Assembly (NCBI GenBank): GCA_038087875.1 | Contig: JAXLNO010000051.1 | Location: 434,001 to 498,000 of the forward strand | Length of the DNA stretch: 64,000 bases | Direction of reading: 5' to 3' | Source: Malacoraja senta | Taxonomy: Eukaryota | Shown: positions 15,801 through 26,405 of the stretch, in pieces | Position numbering within the stretch: position 1 is the first letter of the stretch | Layout: each line of letters begins with the position of its first letter | The notes under the pieces: generated by a model | The model's database searches: none | What the model was told of the DNA's origin: nothing | Seen by the model: only the letters and a program-made list of their open reading frames with translations | Made by a program: the position numbers and the translations under genes

Positions 15801-17645
15801 GCACAGGAAAACCAACAAAAATTCAGCACGCGAAAAGCAACGAAAATTCAGCATGCGAAATGCGACGAAATTACAGGACGCATAAAGCGACGAAATTACA
15901 GGATGCATAAAGCGATGAAATTTCAGCACGCCAAAAGTGACTAAATTTCAGGATGTGAAAAGTGACAAAATAACAGCACACGAAAAGCGCCGACATTTCA
16001 GCACACAAATAGCGATGAAAATGCAGCATGCGAAAAGCGACAAAATTACAGGACGCAAAAAGCAACGAAATTTCAGAACATGAAAAGCGACGAAATTTCA
16101 TCACACGCAAAGCTCCAAAATTTCAGCACACAAAAGGCGACAAAAATTCAGCATGTGAAAAAGCAACGAAACATCAGGACACATAAAGCAACGAAATTTC
16201 AGAATGTGCAAAGCGACGAAATTTCAGCACATGAAAAGCAACGAAAATTCAGCATGCGAAAAGCGACGAAAATTCGCCCCGCGAAAAGTGACGAGATTTC
16301 AGAACATGAAAAGCGCTGGAAATTCAGCAAACGAAAAGCGACGAAAATTCTGCATGCAAAAATCGACGAACCGTCAGGACGTGAAAAGCGACGAAAATTC
16401 ATAACGTGAAAAGTGACGAATTTTCAGCACACGAAAAGCGACGAAAATTCAGCATGCGAAAATGATGAAAATTCAGGATGCATAAAGCGACGAAATTTCA
16501 GAACGAGAAAAGCAACGAAATTTCAGCACTCGAAGCGTGATGAAAGTTCAGCAATCGAAAAGCGACAAAAATTCAGCACGTGAAAAGAGAGCAATCTTCA
16601 GGACGTGTAAAGCGATGAAAAATCAGCACGCGAAAAGCGACGAAAATTCAGCACGCGAAATGTGACGAAAATTCAGCTCGTGAAAAGTGACGAACATTCA
16701 GCACACGAAAAGTGACGAAATTTCAGAACGTGAAAAGCGCCTAAAATTCAGCACACGAAAAGCAAAGAAAATTTAGCATGAGAAAAGTGACAAAAATTCA
16801 GCACGCAAAAATCGACGAACCTTCAGGACGTGAAAAGCGACAAAAATTCAGAAAGGGAAAGCGACAACATTTCAGCACAAGTAAAGCGACGAAAATTCAG
16901 CATGCGAAAAGCAATGAAAATGAAGCACGTGAAAACTGACGAAAATTCAGCATGCGAAAAGCGACGAAAATTCAGCACACGAAAATAGAGGAAAATTCAG
17001 GACGCGAAAACCGATGAAAATGAGGCACGCGAAATCCAACGAAAATTCAGCACGCAAAAAGTGACGAAAATTCAGCACGTGAAAGGCGACAAACCTTCAG
17101 GATGCGGAAATTAACGAAAATTCCGCAAGCGAAAACCAACGAAAATTCAGCACGCGAAAATCGAGGAAAATTCAGCATGCGAAATGCGACGAAAATTCAG
17201 CATTCGAAAAGCGACGAACCTTCAGGATGCGAAAAGCGATGAAAATGAAGCACGCGAAAAGCGGCAAAATTTCAGCATGCGAAAAGTGACAAAAGTTCTG
17301 CGTGCGAAAAGTGACCAAAATTCTGCACGCGAAAAGCGACGAAAATTCAGCACACGAAAAGTGACGAAATTTCAGCACGCTAAAAGCGATAAATCTTCAG
17401 GATGCGAAAAGTGACGAAAATTCCGCACGCGAAAACCCCAAAAAATTAATCATGCGAAATGCAATGAAAATTCAGCATGCGAAATGCGATGAAAATTTAG
17501 CATGTGAAAAGCGACAAATCTTCAGGACACGAAAAGCGATGAAAATGAAGCACGGGAAATGCGAGGAAAATTCAGCATGCAAAAAGTGACAAAAATGCAG
17601 CACACGAAATGCGACGTAAATTCAGGACGCGAAATGCGATGAAAC
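12810..17645 (+). repeat. 25-bp satellite array with ~1.2-1.4 kb higher-order repeats
   Basis: Same monomer. A block recurs at ~13270, ~14670 and ~15890; pseudo-ORF ends 13741/15135 and 13493/16110 mark the offsets. Confidence 0.93.
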
Positions 17646-19048
17646 GTAGTGTTGTCAATCTGAACCTGTACATGCAAGTTTGGCACATTAGAGCAATAAG
17701 CTTTAAGCCCATAAAATGTACCTAACAATTCTAGGTTATTGATCCCATGTGCTTGGAGCAAAGGTACTTCTTCCAAATTCCATCTACCTCCACAGCTGGA
17801 AATAGTATCAGTAGCTCCTCAGTCTGCAAAATAATAGCAGGTGTTTCAACCAGAATTTCCCTGGAAGCATATGAGGCACTCCTGAGCCACCATTGTATTT
17901 CAGTAATAGCTGTTACTGGTAATTGCATGGGTCTATCAAAATGCCATAATTGTCTCCTCAACGCTTGTACCTTTGCTCACTGCAGTTGCTGATAATGCAG
18001 TGGACCAAACTGCACAGCTGGAAACGAAGCAATTAGTTTGCCAAGCAAGCTTGCCACTTGCCTAATTGATGGCTGATGCTGTGTAATGAGCTTGATACAA
18101 CCCTCAATTAACTGCAGCTTTTTATCCTTGGGCAAAGTCACTATCATGTGGTCTGAATTAATAGTGAACCCCAAGTAATCAATTACTGTGCTTGGTGACA
18201 ATTTGGATTTATCTGGATGTATCACAACCCCCAGTCTCTCAAATTTGAGCTTGACTATTGACACCGATGCTTCTGTTGTAGCCCGAGTGTTACCCACAAT
18301 TAAAATATCATCCAAATAAGCCTTTACCAAATGGCCCTGAGCTCTTAGCAATGCTAAGATTGGTTTTTAACAATTTCGTAAATAGACTAGGGGCTGAGGT
18401 TAACCCATTAGGCAATGCTTTAAACTGCCATAATTGGCTCATCCACTTAAACTTTAAGTATCTTCGATCATTACCATGCACACCCACAGAGTAACATGCA
18501 TCTTGCAGATCTATGCTAGACATAGAGTATTTTCTTGAAATTAGCTGTATAGCATTAGCAAATGTCTCCATTTTAAAATGTTTATACTGTACAAAAGGGT
18601 TAAGACTTGTCAGATCGAGAATAATTCAACAGCCACCATCCTTTTTTGCTCTAGGAAAAATGCTTGACACAAATTGGTGAACTGACTTTTCAATGACCCA
18701 TTTCCCACACAATATTTCTAGTACCGCTTGAATGTCCATATTCTCTTCTTTTGAGGAAATACGTGTCCGACTTGAAACATGTTTAGGAGGATCTAAATAT
18801 GGGTAGAATTCAATACTGAACCCCATAATACTGCACAGTATAAACGCATCAGATGTTATTTTTTGCCATTCTTTTAGGAAGAATTATAACCTTCCCCCAG
18901 ACTTGCAAATGTGAAACACTTAATATGTTTCTTCCAGGACTAGACCCACCTACCTCAGGGTTTGCTGGTATCAAATGTTGCCCCCTGCTATTAGTGGGAA
19001 CATTGTAACCTCCACGTGTCCCAGGACCAGTGCGCCAATAACGCGTAT

Positions 19049-19894
19049 AATAATAATAATAATAATAAGTTTATTTATATAGCACATTTTCCAATTGATT
19101 TAAGTGCTTTACAGTTACTAACCAAACAAATAATAAAAAGAGATAGAAAAAAATGACAACACACTATAAGAGATTTTACACAAACACGAACACCCCCCCA
19201 CAGTAGAATCTACACTCTCCACTGTGAGGGAAGGCACTAAAATGTCCAGTCCCCCTCCTCCTCCTAGTCCTCCCGAGGTCGGGGCCAGTCTGAGGCCACT
19301 GCAGCCAGTCGCCGCAACGGCAGCCCGATGTTGTTTGCCCACCCGCATCGGGTGGAAAAGTCCTCAGCAGCTTGGAAATGTCTGGAGCGGCCACTCCTTC
19401 CCCGGAGACTGCGACGCCCGCGGACTTCAGGCCGCGCCGGTTGAAGCTTCGACTCCGCGGTGTTCCTGATCCAGCGTCGCCCGCCCGCGGCGGGATGCCC
19501 TCAAACCGCATACCGCAGACCGCAGACCGCAGACCGCGGCTGCTCGATGTTGGTGGTCGGTGGTCACAGCACTCCGGAGCGGCGACCCGACAAGGCATCG
19601 CCCGCTCCCCGTTGGAGTCCCAGCGCTGCGCCGCCGAAGCTGTGGTCCCCGGCAGGAAACGCCGCTCCAGCCCGATGGAAGGCCGCATGGGGAGACCGGA
19701 GACGCGACTCGGAGGAAACCCGCATCTCCGACCAGGTAGGACTGGGGTTAAAACAGTTTTCCCCCTACATAGAAAGAATAGACTCCAAAAAATAAAAAAA
19801 TAAAAAATATTCAAACAATAAAAGAGTTAGACGACGGACTGCAGGCAGGCTGCCATACAAACGGCGCCCACTCCTGCACATCCGCCATCTTGAA
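19049..19894 (-). mobile_element. ~0.85-kb GC-rich non-autonomous retroposon nested in the DIRS1 element
   Basis: On - it starts TTCAAGATGGCG and ends TGTGCTATATAAATAAAC(TTA)n, a LINE-type tail. It interrupts DIRS between gag and RT. No coding homology recognised. Confidence 0.65.
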
Positions 19895-20614
19895 TATGGG
19901 AATGACCACCGGCCCCAGTCACCGCCCTTCGGTAGGGAAATTGCCTTCGAACATATCTGCCAAGCACCGGTGGTTTTTTTTATCATTCCCACGGGTTTTG
20001 CTTCTTCATTCAGTTCTTTCACCCTTTTGGCTAGATTCTCTCCAAAAAGCAGATTAGGCAATTGAATATTAGTTGGTTTACAGAGTCCCGCAAACTTAGG
20101 ATGTATGTTAGGCCTTATAGCGCTTTTACGAATACAGTTTATTTCAAAGTGCGCATTACACATGAGTGCTAAGGCATCCTGTTGTGACACAGACACGTGC
20201 TTCTCATCCAAGCCTCTGGCAAAAGCCGTAATACCTGACCCCAGCAAATTCAACACCCGCTGTAATTTTATTTCTTGTGCGTGTACTGTAATGCCCAAAT
20301 AGCCCCATATTACATTATTTACTGCTGGGACTGCTAGCAGTGCGCAATTCTGCGGAGTTTCATATTTTTTGACAGTCTCGTCCCTAGTCAGTTCCTCCAG
20401 CTGATGGGAGAGCAAGTAATTTATTGTCATTGCTATTTCCTCTGCCAAAGGTTCCCCTTTCAGTCTGGGAACGGAGAATTTTTGGGCCAGACCTGGTATT
20501 CTGGGCTCTGTTACTGGGCTTTGGTCCTCGTATGATTCATCATCCGAATCTTGCTGTGCTGGAAATTCCTCCTCATAGTCGGGCTGATCTGGTATCCCTG
20601 CTTCAGGTGTTTCT

Positions 20615-20910
20615 AGCGCTGGCTCTCCCGTAGGCCTACGCATAGTAAACCATTTTGCAGGTGCTCCCCTCGCGGGCTCTCCCGTAGGCCCACGTATTGG
20701 CAGCCCTTTTTTAGGTGATGTGGCACTGGCTCTCCTGTAGGCCAATGCATGAATTGTCTTTCCTCAGATACTGCTGGTGCTGGCTCTCCTGTAGGTCAAA
20801 CCATATATTGTCTTTCATGAGACATTACTGACGCTGACTCTCCTGTAGGCCAACGCTGAACCCCACCCTTTCCAGGCACTCCCTGCGCTGGCTCTCCTGT
20901 AGGCCAAAGC
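20615..20910 (-). repeat. Six-copy ~54-bp repeat in DIRS gag (core TGGCCTACAGGAGAGCCAGC, peptide PTGEPA)
   Basis: Cores at ~52-54 bp spacing; mirrored at 40388-40680. Confidence 0.85.
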
Positions 20911-21459
20911 CGGACTATACTCTTCCTGGAGTGGGTCCTGATAAATAATTTTCCCCATGAGGAATTCCAGGTTAGCGACCCGAGTAGACATAATGTCTTC
21001 CTGAGGTGGGGTAACCTCCGGGTCTGACTCTTCAGAGTCTACTGGCCGATCAGTTTTTCTTTTGGCCTTGCACCCTAATGGAGCTGCAATGGTACTTTTA
21101 GTTGCCGTTTCTGCAGTCGCTGGGGTTTCTGCCACCTACCCTTTAATCGGGCGCCCGCTACTCTCAGACCCGCGGTCCTTTTGAGGTTCACCTGCGGTAC
21201 GCCTCCATTTGCCTTTTCGCACTTTCTCCATATTAGACTTTTCTGGCACACAGCGCAAAGACTCCCGGAAGAATGCGACCTGAAAGCGAAAGTGAAACCA
21301 CTTACCTTCAGGCTTTTTGCATTCACCGCTTGGAGGGGCTCTGCTCCTCCCAACACTGTCGCTGCCGCTATGCGTCTGACGATATGACACGTGTGAGCCC
21401 GGACGGGGTCTTCTTCACGTAGTCACTCACGTGCGAAGTAAAATTACAGAATGCATAAT

Positions 21460-22805
21460 ATTAGCTAGATGGCTACATATAGGGGAGGGTGCCTAGAAAT
21501 AGGGGGGTTTAGGGAAGGGCACCTGTAAATGTTGATTTAGGGTATGGCATGTATATGGGAGGGGGTTTAAGGGAGGGCACCTTTAAACTGTGAATTAGGA
21601 GGGCATCTGTAAATGGTGAATTAGGGGAGGGCACCTTTAAATGGTGCAGTAGGGAAGGCATCTGTAAATTTAGGGTAGATTTAGGGGAGATCACCTGTAA
21701 AGGAGCAATACAATATGAGCAACAACAACAACTGAATCTTTACAGCAACAACTGGTGTGTTGTTACACCAATCCACGTAACAATCTCATATAATTCTTTC
21801 CCCCTCATTAATTTATTCTCACGTGTACCGAGGTGCAGTGAAAAGCTTTAGACGCGAGCTAACCATTGAGCAGAAATACAAAACATGATCACAATTGAGC
21901 CACCTAGATGACTACATCCTGTATAACTTGGTAGCTAGCTAAATGGCATCATACTGGATAGCTAGGGCGATAGCAAAACTGAGCTACATACTGGATAGCT
22001 AGGTAGCTAGCTAGAGTGAACTACATACTGGATAGCTAGGTAGCTAACTAGATTGAGCTACATACTTGGATAGCTAGATAGATAGCTTGACTGAGCAACG
22101 TACTGGAAAACTGGGTAGCTTGATGGCTACATATAGGGGAGGGTGTCAAGCAATAGGGGGGGTTTAGGGAAGGGCACCTCTAAATGTAGATTTAGGGTAG
22201 GGCAAGTAAATGGGAGGGGGACTTAGGGGAGGGCAACTTTAAATGGTGAATTAGGAGGGCACCTTTAAACTGTGAATTAGGAGGGCATCTGTAAATGGCG
22301 AATTAGTGGAGGGCACCTTTAAATGGTGCAGTAGGGAAGGCATCTTTAAATTTAGGGTAGATTAAGGGGACAGCACCTGCAAAGGAGCAATACAATATGA
22401 GCAACAACAACAACTGAAGCTTTACAACAACAACTGGTGTGTTGTTACACCAATCCACGGAACAATCTCATATAATTCTTTCACCATCATTAATTTATTC
22501 TCACGTGTACCGAGGTACAGTGAAACGTTTTAGTCGCGAGCTAACCAGTTAGCAGAAAGACAAAACATGATCACAATTGAGCCAGCTAGATGGCTACATC
22601 CTGTATAACTCGGTAGCTAGCTAGATGGCTACATACTGGATAGCTGGGTCGATAGCAAAACTGAGCTACATACTGGATAGCTAGGTAGATAGCTAGAGTG
22701 ATCTACATACTGGACATCTAGGTAGCTACCGAGGGTGTGCTACCAACTGGATGACTAGGTAGCTAGCTACATGGCTACAGACTGGATAGCTAGCTACATA
22801 CTGGT
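21460..22805. repeat. Two-copy ~660-bp composite tandem duplication of G-rich (GGGAGGGCACCTTTAAA) and GCTAGCTACATACTGGATA minisatellites
   Basis: AAGGAGCAATACAATATGAGCAACAAC occurs at ~21699 and ~22382, and each unit repeats the same block order. Confidence 0.8.
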
Positions 22806-22824
22806 GTTTCATCGTCACAAAGAA

Positions 22825-23200
22825 CTGAATTGGAAGAATAGCACCTCATATTTCGCTTGGGCAGCTTACACCCCAGCGGTATGAACATTGCCTTCTCTAA
22901 CAAGTAACCATTGCTTTCCCTCTCTCTGTTCCTCCCCACTTTATTGTTTGCTAGTTTCCCTGTTTGTATCTCTTCCATGACAAGCAATAGACCATTGTGG
23001 GCTCCACCTTTCCTGGGCCATCGTTTCGGCCTGATTTGTTCTGTACCTTTCCATACCTCTCGTTTCCCTTTCACCTGCCTCTCAGTCTGAAGAAGGGTCT
23101 CGAACCAAAACGTCACCTTTTCTCCAGATATGCTGCGAGCCCCGCTGGATTACTCCAGCTTTTGTGTCTATCTTCGGTGTAAACCAGCATCTGCCGTTCC
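22825..23200 (+). mobile_element. Penelope-like element 3' remnant
   Basis: CACCTCATATTTCGCTTGGGCAG matches the end of the GIY-YIG fragment at ~25960-25990. Followed by CTGAAGAAGGGTCTCGAACCAAAACGTC, a degenerate hammerhead-like terminus. Confidence 0.6.
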
Positions 23201-23334
23201 ATCGGTGCGGATTCGGCGGGCGGAAGGGACTGTCTCCACACTGTATCTCGAAATGAAACTTAACCAATCAACATTGATGCCCAGCTCATTTATTTACTTT
23301 ATATACATAAATGGCTTGGCATAACAGTTTAAAT

Positions 23335-24368
23335 TGCCTCTCTTGTGTGATCATCGGCGGTCACTCGAAACGAGTATGACTGTCCTCTCCAAAGGGTCAT
23401 CCACTTGTGGGTCTGCAGACGTCTGCAAAGGCCGATCCACGATCCACACACCTTGGTGCAACGTGGGCAGTGGAGACTGGCGTCGGTTGGTAGTTGTCGA
23501 GCCTCCTTCTCTCTCTCTCCTTACGCTGCTGTCGCTTTGTCTCTGCGACACGGCATGGTTCCATTTCGTGAAGTGCAGCTCATTCCTGCACGGACTTCCT
23601 CCAGGAATGCATGTCTAGTGCAATGCACTCCCAGTTGCTTGATGTGATGTGGAATTTCTTCAAACTGTTGAAGGTGTTGTCCTTGAAACGTTTCTTTGGC
23701 TCGCCGGGGGCTCGCCGACCTTCCTTCAGTTGAGAGTACAGGATTTGTTTAGGGAGACGTGTGTTGAACATGCGGATGATATGGCCAGTCCATCGAAGTT
23801 GGTGCTGCATTATTGTGGTGGTGATGCTGGTCATGTTGGCTTCCTCCAAAATGCTGATGTTGGTGCGTTTGTCCTCCCAGCTGATCCTCAGAATTTTTCA
23901 AAAGGAGCTTCGATGATATTGTTCCAGGGCTCTCAGGTGCCTGCTGTAGGTGGTCCATTACTCAACTCCATACAACAGGGTGGAGAGGACAACGGCTCTG
24001 CAGACCAGCAGTTTTGTTTGAACATGTAGGTCTCGGTCTTCAAAGACTTCTCCTGAGCCCGGCGTAGGCACCGCTGGCACAACTCAGGCGATGGTTGACC
24101 TCAGAGTCGATGTCAGCTTTTGAGGAAAGAATGCTGCCACGGTTGGGTAAGTGGTCACCATTTTCAAGAGTGGTGTCGTCCACTTTTAGACGGCTGGTTG
24201 GGTGGTGGTTGATGTGGGACCTGATCTAGGCCCATGGCTCTGTATGCCTTGGCAAAGGCATTCAAGATGCCCTGGAGGTCTTCTGCAGAGTGTGCTGCAT
24301 TGGCGCAGTCGTCCGTGTGCAGAAGCTCCATGATGGCGGTGTTACTGACTTTGCGCTTGGCCTTCAAC
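23335..24368 (-). mobile_element. RTE-clade LINE 3' fragment (degenerate)
   Basis: QLRWTGHIIRM...RLPKQILYSQLKEGRR...KKRFKD and a C-terminal CxxC...H motif (CPRCTKVC). Confidence 0.8.
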
Positions 24369-24555
24369 CTATTAATAGTGATAATGTGCGAGGATCGTTG
24401 GTCAGTGCAGACTCGGTGTGCCTGTTTCCACGCTGTATCTCTAAACTAAACTAAATTATTCACAGTGTTGCACCGAAGATTGACACGAAATGCTGGAGGA
24501 ACTCAGCGGGAGAGGCAGCATCTCTGGCGAGAAGGAATGGGTGACGTTTTGGGTC

Positions 24556-25256
24556 ATGAAAAGCCACGAAAATTCAAGACGTGAAAAGCCGCAAAAATTC
24601 AAGACTTGAAAAGCGACATGAATTCAAGATGTAAAAGGCAACGGCAATTAAAAACTTGAAAAGCCATAAAATTCAAGACGTGAAAAGCCACGGAAATTCA
24701 TGACGTGAAAAGCCACGAAAAATCAAGACATGAAAAGTCATGAAAATTCAAGACATGAAAAGTCAAGAATATTCAAGACATGAAAAGCTCGAAAATTCAT
24801 GACACGAAAAGCCACGAAAATTCAAGGAATGAAAAAACACAAATATTCGAGATGTGAAAATACACGAAAATTCAAGTCGTGAGAAAACCCCACAAAAATT
24901 CAAGACTCGAAAAGCCACGACATTTCAAGACGTGAATATCAATGACTATTCAAGACGTGAAAAGACAACAAAATTCATGATGTTGAAAGCCATGAAAATT
25001 CAAGACATGAAACGCAATGACAATTCAAGACGTGAAAACCCACGAAAAATCAAGACATGAAAACCCACGAATATTCAAGACATCAAAAGCCACGAAAATT
25101 CAAGGCATGTAAAGCCACGAAAATTCAAGGCGTGAAAAGCCACGATAATTCAAGGCGTGAAAAGCCACGAAAATTCAAGACATGAAATGCCACAAAAATT
25201 CAAGTCATGAAAAGCCACGAAAATTCGACATGAAAAGCCATGAAAATTCAAGACTT
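24556..25256 (+). repeat. Variant 25-bp satellite island (GAAAAGCCACGAAAATTCAAGACGT)
   Basis: Tandem 25-mers related to, but distinct from, the main satellite. Confidence 0.88.
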
Positions 25257-25599
25257 CAAGCTGGTGTGACTTTGGTGGGGGGGGGGTGGAGAGAGAGCGA
25301 ACGCAGGTGTACTTGAAGTTAAAGAAAGCAATATTCATACTTTACCAAGAAGGAATGGGTGACGTTTCAGGTCAAGACCATTCTGCATTGACAGAATTGA
25401 TGTGCAGTGGGATCTTTGGGTCCAGGTTCTCATCTCACCGATGGAGGCAGTATGAGTAGATAGGGTGCGTGGCGTTGAAAGAGAGCCGGGTTCGGCAGTG
25501 ACCACTCCGACATTCTCAATGACACGGTGAACTCAGGTGCTTTGTTCTTTTTACAGCGGCATAAAATGTCCAGGATGTGCTGTCTCTTCATCAGAGCGC

Positions 25600-25750
25600 A
25601 TGTGTGAAGATGCTGGCGATCTGTGGCTGGGTGAGTTTGCTGATGACACCAATATTGGAGGAGTTGCAGACAGTGAGGAAGCTGTCGGAAGATAAGGCGG
25701 GATGAAGATCAGATGCAGAAATGGGCGGAAAAATGGGCAGAGAAATGGCA
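25600..25750 (+). mobile_element. Old CR1 RT fragment
   Basis: FADDTNIGGVADSEE in translation. Confidence 0.6.
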
Positions 25751-25789
25751 GATAGATAAAAAAAACCTCTATGGTGGTTTGGAGTGACG

Positions 25790-26258
25790 GAAATAGGGAA
25801 CGTTTCGGGCCAAAACCCTTCTTCAGACTGATGTAGGCTGGGGGGAGGGGGCTGGAAGAAGAAAGGAAGAGGAGGAATCTGAGTGCTGGGGGAGAGCTGA
25901 GAAAGGGAGGAGACAGTAAGGCTACCTGAAATTGGAGAAGTCTATGTTCATGCCAATGGGGTACAAACTGCCCAAGCAAAATATGAGGTGCTTCTCCTAA
26001 AATTTCCGGTGGTCCTCACTCTGGTCATGGAGGAGGCCCAGAACAGAAAGGTCATGCGAGGGGGAGTTGAAGTGCTGATCCACCAAGAAATCAGGTTGGT
26101 TATTGCGGACTGAGCGGAGGTGTTCGGCGAGGCGATCGCCAAGCCTACACTTGGCCTCATCGATGTAGATCAGCTGACATCTAGAGCAGTGGATGCAATT
26201 GATGAGGTTGGTGGAGGTGCAAGTGAACCTCTGTCGCACCTGGAACGACTGCTTGGAC
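25790..26258 (-). mobile_element. Penelope-like element fragment (GIY-YIG endonuclease remnant + terminus)
   Basis: QRFTCTSTNLINCIHCSRCQLIYIDEAKCRLGDRLAEH fits the PLE GIY-YIG pattern. Terminal CTGAAGAAGGG...CCCGAAACG. Confidence 0.75.
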
Positions 26259-26405
26259 AGTGTTTAAACTGAGCAAGTGTGAGGTGTTGCACTTTGGGAG
26301 GTTGAAGGCACAAGGAAAGTATGTAGTTTTTCAGTTTAGTTTAGAGATACAGCATGGAAACTATTCTACACACACTGGGGACAATTTACATTTATACAAA
26401 GCCAA

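Larger units (their letters stand above)
17646..21443 (-). mobile_element. DIRS1-type tyrosine-recombinase retrotransposon, 3'-truncated (left terminus, gag, RT/RNaseH remnants)
   Basis: Terminus TTTTACTTCG...GTGAAGAAGACCC is shared with the element at 26406. Gag NLLFGENL; RT SIDLQDA, ALPNGL, AYLDDILI; ends at RNaseH QIDNTT, where it abuts satellite. Confidence 0.88.

Noticed and set aside
56..17414. Dozens of K/R-rich or F/C-rich ORFs in the satellite (also 43936-63975)
   Set aside because: Translation artefacts of a stop-poor 25-bp repeat; frames shift every monomer and are not conserved between arms.
19118..19814. Overlapping GC-rich ORFs (also 41407-42192 and 31822-32631)
   Set aside because: Stop-poor GC-rich or low-complexity sequence; frames differ between arms and no domains are recognised.
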